Shown here: positions 30,451 to 39,700 of the stretch, piece after piece | Position numbering within the stretch: position 1 is the stretch's first letter | Layout of the letters: every line of letters begins with the position of its first letter | Source of the DNA: Pyrinomonadaceae bacterium | GTDB lineage: Bacteria > Acidobacteriota > Blastocatellia > Pyrinomonadales > Pyrinomonadaceae | Length of the DNA: 64,000 nt | NCBI GenBank assembly: GCA_046313635.1 | Contig: JBKBYA010000006.1 | Span: 128,001-192,000 of the forward strand | Reading direction: 5' to 3' | Notes under the pieces: model-generated | Told to the model about the DNA's origin: nothing | The model's database searches: none | What the model saw: the letters and a program-made list of their open reading frames with translations, nothing else | Made by a program: the position numbers and the translations under genes

Positions 30451-32892
30451 CTACTTTGTCGTACGGGGCTTTGCGTTCTTAACGTACTTGTCAAACCAGC
30501 TGATCATCTCGTAGAGCGTGTGCTCGGTCGACTCCTTTGCGGCGTAACCGTGCGACTCGAGCGGCAGCATCACGAGACGGGCGGTGCCGCCGAGTCCGCT
30601 GATCGCGGCAAAGAGACGCTCGGACTGGATGGGGAAGGTGCCCTGATTGTTGTCGGCCTCGCCGTGAATGAGCAGGATCGGCTCGTTGATCTTGTTTGCG
30701 ACAAAGAACGGCGACACCTTGGCGTAGAGCTCCGGGGCCTCCCAGAAGCTTCGCCGCTCCGATTGAAAGCCGAAGGGCGTGAGCGTCCGGTTATACGCGC
30801 CGCTCCGCGCGATGCCGGCCCTGAACAGGTCGGAGTGCGCGAGCAAATTCGCCGTCATGAACGCTCCGTACGAGTGGCCGCCGACGCCCACGCGCTCGGG
30901 GTCGACGACGCCCATCTCGACGCCCTTGTCGATCGCGGCCTTTGCCGACGCGACGATCTGATCGACGAAGGTGTCATTCACCGTCAGCGGATCGCCGACG
31001 ACCGGCATCGTCGCGTCGTCGAGCACGGCGTAACCCTGCAGCAAAAAGAATAGATGCGAGATGCCGCCGATCTGTGTAAAGCGATTGGTCGAGCCAGAGA
31101 CCTGACCGGCCGTTGACGCGTCGGTGAACTCGAGCGGGTACGCCCAAACGACGGTCGGCAGCCGCGTCCCCTCTTTGTAATCCGGCGGCAGGTAGAGCGT
31201 GAACGAGAGATCGACGCCGTCCGGCCGCTTGTAGCGGACGAGCTGCTTCTTGATCCCGCGAAGCTGCGGCACCGGGTCTTTGAAATCGGTCAGCTGCCGA
31301 TACGCCATCGCGGTGCAGATCTTGCCCGGAGGGCAGACCTGTCGGAGAAAAAGGTTGGGCGGCTCGGTGATCGACTCTTTGCGGGTGATGAAGTTCATCC
31401 CTTCGTCGTCGATCATCCCGACGAAGGCCTCGTACTCCTCCGTGCCCGAGCGAAAGATCTCGCGCGTCTCGAGCGTCTTTAGATCCATCGCGCGGAAGAA
31501 CGGCCGGTCGCCCTGCGGCGAGGCTCCCTGCCCGGTCAGAAAGATCTCGTCGCCATTCTGCCGGATGACGCCGCCGCCGTTCGGCAAAACCTTTGTGACC
31601 GGTTGGCCGATGTCGTTGTAGCGGTCGTTGACGTTGAGATCGGCGACGAGCTTGACGTTCGCAGGGTTGCGATAGTCGGTCATAAAGACGCGCCGCCGCT
31701 GCGTGTCGCGGTTGTAATCCTGAAAGATCATCAGCCCGTCGCGCTCGCCGAACGATCGGCCCTGAAGACGCTGTTCGACCTTCAGCAGCTCGCGGCCCTC
31801 AGCGGCGAACGGCGCCGCGAGCGTGACGAGCCGGTCGCGCGGCGTCACCTTGTTTCGCGGGTCGCCCTTGTCGAGAGCCTCTGCCCAAACAAGCGTCGCC
31901 GGCTCGGTCGGTATCCACGCGATCGTACGCGGTCCGACCGGCACGCCCTGGATCGGCAAAGCGTCCTGCAGCGGCTGGCTCGAGATCACCTTGACGAGCT
32001 TTCCGTTCTCGTCCCAGACATCGGTCTTTGTCGGAAACCTGAAATACGGAAAAAGATACGAGAACGGCCGCTCGATGCGCGACACGAGAATGTATTTGCC
32101 GTCGGGCGATGCCTGAAAGTTGTCGTAGATCGCCGGCGTGCCGACCTCTCTGATCCGTCCGCTCGCCGCATCGACAAAGGCGAGTTGAGACGTCGCGTAA
32201 TACTCAAAGAGATCCTCGTCGTTCGGGCTGCGGAGCAGATCTTGGAACGTCTGAACGGCGCCGGTGCGGCCGGTCGTCTCCTGTATGTTCGGCGACGAAG
32301 GGGTAACGTTCTGGTACGGCGGCGGAGCCCCGCGCCTTGACGGCACGAGATGGACGGCGAGCGTCTTTTGATCTTCCCAGGCAAAGCCGCCGAGCACCGT
32401 ATTCACACGTGCGTTCGCGACCCGGCGCGCCTTTGCGGTTGCCGTGTCGATGATCCACAGCTCGATCCCGTTCGGCGTGATGCTGCCCGCGGCGATGTAT
32501 TTGCCGTCGGGCGACCACTGCGGCGAGATGATCTGCGCACCGGCCGGGAGCGAGACCTTGGTTTCGGCGCCGTCGGAGACGTTCTTCAGCTTCAGGCTGA
32601 CGAAGTAGGGCTGGCGATGCTGGCCGTTTGTGTTCGGATTGATGCGAAGGCCGGCCAGGCGCAGCATCGGCTGCGCCAATTCGGAGATCGGCGGATATCG
32701 CAGCGGCTCGAGCACCGCGATGCGGTCGCGCGACGGCGAGAGCGACGTCGCAGGGATCGCCGGCGCGTTGAGCACGTCCATTATTTCTTTCGGCGGCTGC
32801 TTGTAGCCGAGCTGTTGTGCGGACACGCCGGCAGCTCCAGCAAGGAGCAGGACCACAACAGCGAATATCGAATGACGGTTTTTCATGTTCAT
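30451..32892 (-). CDS. Secreted S9 (prolyl oligopeptidase family) peptidase
   Basis: Signal peptide; GGHSYG nucleophile, HGEADNN, ESHGY. Confidence 0.93.
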   Translation of the reverse strand: MNMKNRHSIFAVVVLLLAGAAGVSAQQLGYKQPPKEIMDVLNAPAIPATSLSPSRDRIAVLEPLRYPPISELAQPMLRLAGLRINPNTNGQHRQPYFVSLKLKNVSDGAETKVSLPAGAQIISPQWSPDGKYIAAGSITPNGIELWIIDTATAKARRVANARVNTVLGGFAWEDQKTLAVHLVPSRRGAPPPYQNVTPSSPNIQETTGRTGAVQTFQDLLRSPNDEDLFEYYATSQLAFVDAASGRIREVGTPAIYDNFQASPDGKYILVSRIERPFSYLFPYFRFPTKTDVWDENGKLVKVISSQPLQDALPIQGVPVGPRTIAWIPTEPATLVWAEALDKGDPRNKVTPRDRLVTLAAPFAAEGRELLKVEQRLQGRSFGERDGLMIFQDYNRDTQRRRVFMTDYRNPANVKLVADLNVNDRYNDIGQPVTKVLPNGGGVIRQNGDEIFLTGQGASPQGDRPFFRAMDLKTLETREIFRSGTEEYEAFVGMIDDEGMNFITRKESITEPPNLFLRQVCPPGKICTAMAYRQLTDFKDPVPQLRGIKKQLVRYKRPDGVDLSFTLYLPPDYKEGTRLPTVVWAYPLEFTDASTAGQVSGSTNRFTQIGGISHLFFLLQGYAVLDDATMPVVGDPLTVNDTFVDQIVASAKAAIDKGVEMGVVDPERVGVGGHSYGAFMTANLLAHSDLFRAGIARSGAYNRTLTPFGFQSERRSFWEAPELYAKVSPFFVANKINEPILLIHGEADNNQGTFPIQSERLFAAISGLGGTARLVMLPLESHGYAAKESTEHTLYEMISWFDKYVKNAKPRTTK

Positions 32893-32987
32893 TTTGTTAC
32901 CTATTTTCCGATCGGAGCCGCATCCTGTATTCGGATCGGAAGACACGTATCTCCGTAGTACAGCAGTTTCCAAGCCGGATGCGGCCG

Positions 32988-33088
32988 TGCCGCTCTATTT
33001 GCGTAAAAGCTCTGCTTCTCCGGGCAAAGCCCACAAAACTCTCCAGCGGCAATGCCGCTCTATTTGCGGAAAAGCTCTGCTTTTCCGG
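32988..33088. repeat. Direct repeat of a 36-bp hairpin-containing unit
   Basis: TGCCGCTCTATTTGCG(T/G)AAAAGCTCTGCTT(C/T)TCCGG at 32988 and 33053. Confidence 0.75.
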
Positions 33089-33202
33089 CCCGCAGCCAAA
33101 ACCCTCGCGCGGCTGCGCCGCCGGAGCCCGAAAGAATTTGTTGCACGTCGCGGCGATCCCGGGACGGAGCTCCCTAAAACCTAGCCTCGCGTAAACAGCT
33201 TC

Positions 33203-34213
33203 TCATTTCCCCGCCGCTCTCAATCCCGCGATCACTCTCGCGGCGACGGCCGGGATCGGCTCGCGGTCGTTGGCGTGATTTTCGGTAAAGACGACGAGGA
33301 CGAACTTCAGCCCGTCCGGGGTCTCGATGTAAGCGGCGTCGTGTCTCGAGCGACTCGTCCAGCCGGCCTTTGACCAGAGCTTCGCGCCCGCGAGCTTGTT
33401 GTCGATGAGCGCCTTGCCTGTGAATCCGACGGCCTGGTCGTCCGGGTCGCTCGACGGTGCCGTCCAATCGCGGCTCATCAGGTCCATCATCGTTTTGGTC
33501 CGCTCGGGGGTATTCATCCGGCCGGTCACGATCTCTGCGAGGAGGCGCGCGGTCGCGTTGGTCGTCAGCATATTGCGATTCTCGCCCTTGTAATTGCGCG
33601 ACTGCTGCTCGATGCCGTAGGCGTCCTCGCAGAACGTCTTTTGATTGACGTTGATGTTCGTGTAGCCCATCGCCGAATAAAAGCGATTGACGCGATTGCG
33701 CTGGTGCTGCCAACGGTCGAATTCATTCTTTGGCAGCTCGGCGCCGCTCGACGTGTCGGTCAGTACATCGAGGATGTACTGCGTCGCCTCGTTGGACGAG
33801 ACGACGATCATATCGCGCAGGCCGCGTTCGAGCTCTTTGGTCATCGCGATCTTGCCGTCCTCGAGCTGGCGCTCGAGCGCGGCCATATAAAACATCTTTA
33901 CGACGCTGGCCGGATAGATCCGCTGCTCGCCGCGCACATGCGCCCAGCGGGCCGCGGCCGGGTCGCCTAGGTCGATCAGCGTCGCGGCGATCTCCTCCGG
34001 CTTGAACTTCCCGTCCGGATACGATGCGATCACCTGCCGCACCGCCTCGTCGAGCAGCTTCTGCAATGCGGGCGAAGCTTCGAGCTTTATTGCCGCGTAC
34101 GATCGCGGCGGGACGATCTCGATCGTCCTCCGCTTTTGCGGCTGCGCGGTCGCGGACGCGCACGCCGAAACGATCAACAACAGACACCACGCCGCGCGTT
34201 TGGACCAATTCAT
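33203..34213 (-). CDS. Serine hydrolase, class A beta-lactamase-like
   Basis: YPASVVK (SxxK), SSN, KAG, RHDAA; signal peptide with possible lipobox. Confidence 0.88.
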   Translation of the reverse strand: MNWSKRAAWCLLLIVSACASATAQPQKRRTIEIVPPRSYAAIKLEASPALQKLLDEAVRQVIASYPDGKFKPEEIAATLIDLGDPAAARWAHVRGEQRIYPASVVKMFYMAALERQLEDGKIAMTKELERGLRDMIVVSSNEATQYILDVLTDTSSGAELPKNEFDRWQHQRNRVNRFYSAMGYTNINVNQKTFCEDAYGIEQQSRNYKGENRNMLTTNATARLLAEIVTGRMNTPERTKTMMDLMSRDWTAPSSDPDDQAVGFTGKALIDNKLAGAKLWSKAGWTSRSRHDAAYIETPDGLKFVLVVFTENHANDREPIPAVAARVIAGLRAAGK

Positions 34214-34288
34214 ATGTCTTTTTGGAGCTCTTTGCGGTAAAACTTTTTGAGAGTATAAACGAAAAGCATTTCGCTCCAAACCAATCGA

Positions 34289-35581
34289 ATGACAGACGAA
34301 AAACTCGTACGCGGCATCGGCCGATGGGACTTTACGGCCATCGTCATCAACACGATCATCGGCGCCGGAATATTCGGCCTGCCGTCCAAGGCCTTTGCGC
34401 TCATCGGCAGTCACAGCATCTACGCGATCATTCTCTGCGCTGTGATCGTCGGGCTCGTCGTGCTCTGCTACGCCGAGGTGTCAAGCCGGTTCAACGAAAC
34501 AGGCGGGCCGGCACTTTACGCTCAGCGGGCGTTCGGCGACGTCGCGGGTTTTGAGGTCGGGTGGCTTTACTGGATCGTCCGCGTCGCGACCTTTGCGGCG
34601 AACTGCAATCTCTTTGTGACGTATCTCGGATTCTTTTTTCCCGCCGCGGCGCAGCCGACCGTAAGGATCGCGATCATCTTTTTGGTCGTCGGAGCGCTTG
34701 CTGCGATCAATCTGGCCGGTGTGCGGCAGTCGGCCCTGGTGACGAACGTCTTTACGATCGGCAAGGTGCTGCCGCTGGTCGTCTTCGCGGCGGTCGGGAT
34801 GTTCTTTGTCGACACGCAGAATTTCAATTTCGCCGCGACGCCCGACTACACGTCGTTCTCGGCGGCAGTGCTGCTTTTGATCTACGCCTTTGTCGGGTTT
34901 GAAGCGGCGGTCGTTCTCGCCGGCGAGACCAAGGAGCCTGAGAAGAATGTTCCCTTCGCTCTGCTCACGGCGCTCGCGGTCGTCACAGTGCTGTACATCG
35001 CGGTGCAGGTCGTCAGCATCGGCACGCTGCCCGGACTCGCGGCGAGCGAAAGGCCGCTGGCCGACGCGGCCGCCGGCTTTATGGGCCCGATCGGCGCCGC
35101 GGTGATAACTATCGGAGCCCTCGTCTCGATCATCGGCAATCTGAATGTCGGTCTGCTCTCGAGCACGCGGCTGCTCTTTTCGCTCGCCGACCAGCGACAT
35201 CTGCCGAACGTGCTCGCCAAGACGCACGAGCGGACCAAGACGCCCTGGGTCTCGATCGTGCTGACATCGCTCGTCATCCTCGTGCTTACGATCCAGTCGA
35301 GCTTTCTGACCGCGGTCGCGATCGCGACGATCACGCGCCTGCTGGTTTACGCGACGACGTGTCTTGCGCTGCCGATCTTCAGGCGGCGAGACGATGTCGC
35401 TCCGGCACTCTTTCGCGTTGCAGGCGGTGTGGTCGCGGCGATATTGTCGGTCGGTCTGATCGCCTGGCTGCTGACGAATGTAGATTGGAAAAAAGAAGGC
35501 TGGCCGATCCTCGCCGCGGCCGTCCTCGGCCTCCTGATCTATCTTGCTAATCGCGTACTCGGCCGCCGAGATCCTATTTGA
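34289..35581 (+). CDS. APC-family amino acid permease
   Basis: IIGAGIF, YAE, GG..Y, YAFVGFE, P.KNVP; about 12 TM helices. Confidence 0.93.
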   Translation: MTDEKLVRGIGRWDFTAIVINTIIGAGIFGLPSKAFALIGSHSIYAIILCAVIVGLVVLCYAEVSSRFNETGGPALYAQRAFGDVAGFEVGWLYWIVRVATFAANCNLFVTYLGFFFPAAAQPTVRIAIIFLVVGALAAINLAGVRQSALVTNVFTIGKVLPLVVFAAVGMFFVDTQNFNFAATPDYTSFSAAVLLLIYAFVGFEAAVVLAGETKEPEKNVPFALLTALAVVTVLYIAVQVVSIGTLPGLAASERPLADAAAGFMGPIGAAVITIGALVSIIGNLNVGLLSSTRLLFSLADQRHLPNVLAKTHERTKTPWVSIVLTSLVILVLTIQSSFLTAVAIATITRLLVYATTCLALPIFRRRDDVAPALFRVAGGVVAAILSVGLIAWLLTNVDWKKEGWPILAAAVLGLLIYLANRVLGRRDPI

Positions 35582-36659
35582 AGATGCCCTGGCCGAGAAA
35601 GCTCTCGCGGAGATACTTGATCGTATCGTTGAGCGTCTCCTGCGGGTCGCGCGGACTGAAGCCGAGCTCCTCTACAGCTTTTGACGAGTCGAAGTACCAA
35701 AAGTACTCGGCCTGCTCGACCTCGTTCGAAGCGACGGGCGACGTCCTGCCCCAGTTCTTAAAGACCGACTCGATCATCGACGCTCCGGCCATTGCGAGCT
35801 TTTTGGGCACGCGAAGACCGGGAGCCGCGACGCCGCTCAGACGCTCAAGCCGCCCGAAGAATTCCTCGAACGTCATATTCGCCGCGCCGAGAAGATACTT
35901 TTCCTGATGAACGCCCTTGTCGAGCGCAGCGATAAATGCCGCGGCCGCATCGCGTGCGTCAACAAAATTCAGACCGCCGCTCGGCGTGTACGGGATCTTT
36001 CGGGCGAGAAAGTCGAGCACCGGCTTGGTCGAGCTCAGACGCTCGTCGTCGGGCCCGAGCAGCAGCGAAGGGTTCAGTATCACAAGCCGGCGGCCTTCGC
36101 CGTCGAAATTCTCTATCGCCGTGCGTTCCTGGTAATACTTCGACGCGTAATATGCCCAGCGCGAAAAGATCTCGACCGGCTGCGGGAATGTCTCGTCAAA
36201 CATCTGCTCGTCCTCGCTCACCGCGATCGTCCCGCTCGACGAAGCGAGGACCATCGTCGATACGCCCGCCTCTTTAGCGGCGTCGCACAGGACGCGCGTT
36301 CCCTGCAGATGGATGCGGTTCATCGCAGCGGCGTCCTCGTTGTCGCGCGAGACCTTGCCGGCGAGATGGAATATCGCCGACACGCCCGCAACGGCTCGTC
36401 CGGCGTCGTCGGCGCTGGTCACCGAGCCCTCGATCGGCTCGACACCCGAGTCCTTCATCCATTCGGGAACGCTCGACGCCATCACCAGGAGGTTCTTTTC
36501 GCCGGCGTCGATCATCTGCCGCACGATGTGCGTGCCGAGAAATCCGGTGCCCCCGGTGACGAGGATCTTTTTTGCCGACGATCTTGCCAGCGCGGTCGAC
36601 TTGGCGTCGCGTCTTGTGCGCGGGGGCGTCGTCTTGCCGTTCGTTTCTTTGGTCGCCAT
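35574..36659 (-). CDS. NAD-dependent epimerase/dehydratase (ElbE-like by position)
   Basis: LVTGGTGFLG, FHLAG, YYASK, LNP...GP, FVDARD. Confidence 0.88.
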   Translation of the reverse strand: MATKETNGKTTPPRTRRDAKSTALARSSAKKILVTGGTGFLGTHIVRQMIDAGEKNLLVMASSVPEWMKDSGVEPIEGSVTSADDAGRAVAGVSAIFHLAGKVSRDNEDAAAMNRIHLQGTRVLCDAAKEAGVSTMVLASSSGTIAVSEDEQMFDETFPQPVEIFSRWAYYASKYYQERTAIENFDGEGRRLVILNPSLLLGPDDERLSSTKPVLDFLARKIPYTPSGGLNFVDARDAAAAFIAALDKGVHQEKYLLGAANMTFEEFFGRLERLSGVAAPGLRVPKKLAMAGASMIESVFKNWGRTSPVASNEVEQAEYFWYFDSSKAVEELGFSPRDPQETLNDTIKYLRESFLGQGIFK

Positions 36660-36720
36660 AGATCTTATTTCCGGGTCCCGCGGATCGACGGCCGCTGCGA
36701 ACCGCATTTGTATTGAGGAT

Positions 36721-36749
36721 CAATTACTAATTGATCAATTAAAAATTAG
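36721..36749. repeat. AT-rich (C/T)AATTA repeat containing the stop codon of the ElbD-like gene
   Basis: caattactaattgatcaattaaaaattag; resembles 5885-5921. Confidence 0.5.
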
Positions 36750-39700
36750 TCTTCGATGACCGGCTCCTGCTTGCGTGAGCGGCGGCGCTCGGCACGCCAT
36801 TGCTTGCGGATGGCGTCGACGTCGAATTTGTCTCGGCGGCCGTCGCGCAGATTCTCGACCTCGTGCTGCACGCGTGCGGCGACGAGGCGATAAGCTTCGG
36901 TATTCGGCACGCCCTCGGTCATCTTGCGAAGCTCGTCGTACTCGAGAAAGCGGCCCACCTTGGCGCCTACCCTCGCGCCGATGCTTGTGCGTTTGGGGAT
37001 GATCATTCCCTTCGGAAAGGCCTCGTAAGTTCCCCAGATGTAGATAGGCAGAATGCCGATCTTTTGATTCAACGCGAGGTAGCCGATGATCGGCTTGAAC
37101 TCGGCGATCTGGCCTGACTCCTGCCGGCCGCCTTCGGGAAATATCAGCGCGTTGTAGCCCTCGTTCAATATCTGCGTCACGTGCCGCAGCGACTGCCTGA
37201 GGCTGCCGGTCCGCTCGATGGGCACGAGCGTGGTGAAGTTGTTCATATACGCCCGCTTGTACTTTGTATCGAACCAGTAATCCGCCGCCGCGACGGCGAC
37301 CGTTTGATCGGCCACATCCTTTCCGAGCGCTTTTTTCACAAGTCCCGTGTCGAGATGCGACGTGTGATTGGGCGCGACGATGAAGTTGGTATGCATCGGC
37401 ACGTTGCCCTGCCCGTCGATCTCGGTATTGAGCACGCCCTCGTACAGCGTCTCCTGAGCGAGATCGACGATCGCGTTGCCAATGCGGCGGACGATGCCGG
37501 GAATGACGATCTCTTCTTCGACCTTCTTTTCTTCGACGCGCGGCTCGTCGGCGAGTCTCTTCGACCGGTCGAGCCGCTTTGTGACGGTCAAAAGCTCACG
37601 GACCGTCTGAACCTCGTTGAGCGTGTCGGGCGAGAGCACACGGCCGCCGGCGTCCTCGACCGCGGCCTGCAGCTCGACGAACATCAGCGAGTCAAAGCCG
37701 AGATCGGTCAGCTTGTCCTCGAGCGCGACGTCCGACAGCGGGCGATTTGAAACCGTCGCGACGATCTTGCGGATCCAGAGCGAATTGTCGTCGCCCTTTG
37801 CCTCGACCGCCGCCTTTGTCTTTTTGCGACTCCGCTCCTCGAGCGAGCGAAGCATCTCGACTACCTCGGGCCGCTTGACCTTGCGCGTCGCCGTCCGCGG
37901 CAGCTCGAATGGCGTGATGTGCAGCACCTTGACGCGTTTGAAGAATGGCAGCGCGGCCGAGACCTCGCGAAAGTGCTCCTCGACCTTTTTATTGACCTCG
38001 ATACGCGAAAGCGCGATGTCATGCTCGTAATCCGGCACGACGAGCGCCGCGATCTTTTCGCCGCCGTCGTCGTCCGGCAGGCCGACGACGCTGAGCTCTT
38101 TGATAAAGCCCGACTTGCCGTAAAGCTCCTCGATCTCGTCGGGGTAGATGTTCTTGCCGTTGGAGTCGATGATGACGTCCTTTGAGCGGCCGACGATATA
38201 GAGATTGCCGTCCTCGTCGAGCCGGCCGAGGTCGCCTGTGCGCAGCCAGCGGTCCTGCAGCACGGCCTCGGTCGCCTCGTCGTTCTTGTAGTAGCCGAGC
38301 ATCACATTCTGCCCGCGTGCGAGCACCTCGCCGACGCCGTTCTCGTCCGGATTGTCGATCTTGACCTCGACGCCCGGAAGCGGTTTGCCGACGCTGCCGC
38401 GCATCAGTTTGTTGGCAGGCCGCGCGACGGTGAGCACCGGCGAAGACTCGGTCAGACCGTAGCCCTCGAGCACCGTAAAGCCGAGCCCGTGAAGGTCCTT
38501 TTGAACCTTTTCGCTCAGCGCCGAGCCGCCGGATATCAGGTACCGCATCTTGCCGCCCATTCCCTGATGGATCGGGAAAAATACGATCGGCCCGAGATTG
38601 AAGGGCGTGTTGTCGCGCAGCCACGCGTTGAACTCGATGATGTTGTCGGCGATATCGGCGATCCAGTCGCCGTTCTCTCTGAGGCGCGTCTTGATGCGGC
38701 GGTGGAGCATCTCCCAAAGTGCCGGCACGCCGACCATGCCTGTGACGTGACCGTTCTCGATCGCACGCGACAGCTCGTCGCTCGAGAGCTCGTCAAGATA
38801 CGTGATCTGCGTGCCGTTTGAGAATGGCGTCAAAAATCCGGCCGAGAACTCGAATGTGTGATGCATCGGCAGCACCGACAAGACGCCGTCGGTGATGTCC
38901 ATATCGAGCACGCTCGAGAGCATCGAGACCATGTTCGTGAAATTCTTGTGCGAGAGCATCACCGCCTTTGGCGTGCCCGTCGTGCCCGACGTAAAGATCA
39001 GCGAAGCGACCGCATTGCCGAGCACCTTCGGCGGCAGCAGCGCGAGACGACTTGCCTCTTCGATCTCGCTCGGCATCTCGAAAACCTCGTCGAATGTCCA
39101 GACCGGAACGCGGACGCCCAGGTCCACATCGCCGTCTGCGGCGGAATTCTTTTCGTGTTTCGCACTCATTGCGGACGAGGGCATCCGCGCTCCGGCTTCG
39201 GCCAATCGCTCGGCCAGATCGGGATGCTCTCGCGCGAGCTTCGGGCTCAAAACTATAGCCGACGCCTCGCCCTTGACCGCAAAGTTGACGATCTCGTCGA
39301 CCGAGCTTGCAGGGTCGATCGGTATCACGGTCGCTCCGGCTTTGAGAATGCCGAAATAGGTCATTCCCCACTCGGGCATATTGTTCGAACACAGGATGAT
39401 GCGGTCGCCCTGCTGTATGCCGCTTGCGGCAAAGAAGCCCGCGGCCCGCAGCGTCAGCTCGCGGACGTCCTCGAACGTGTACTGCTCCTTTCGCCCGCCG
39501 CGCTCGATGCGCATCGCGACGCGCGTCGGGAATCGCTTGGTCGCCGTGTCAAATAGATCGAGCAGGTCCTTGTACGTGTACGACCGCCGCTCCTGGGCCT
39601 TGAGCTCTTCTTCGAGCGTCGGCAGCACCCACTTTCGCATTCCGGGAAAATGGACGTTGAGCCAGTAGTCGTACCAGTCGAGCTTTTCGGGATACCACGG

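Noticed and set aside
33203..34213. Antibiotic-resistance beta-lactamase
   Set aside because: Has SSN and KAG variants and no clear class A omega-loop ExxLN motif; only the fold family is supportable
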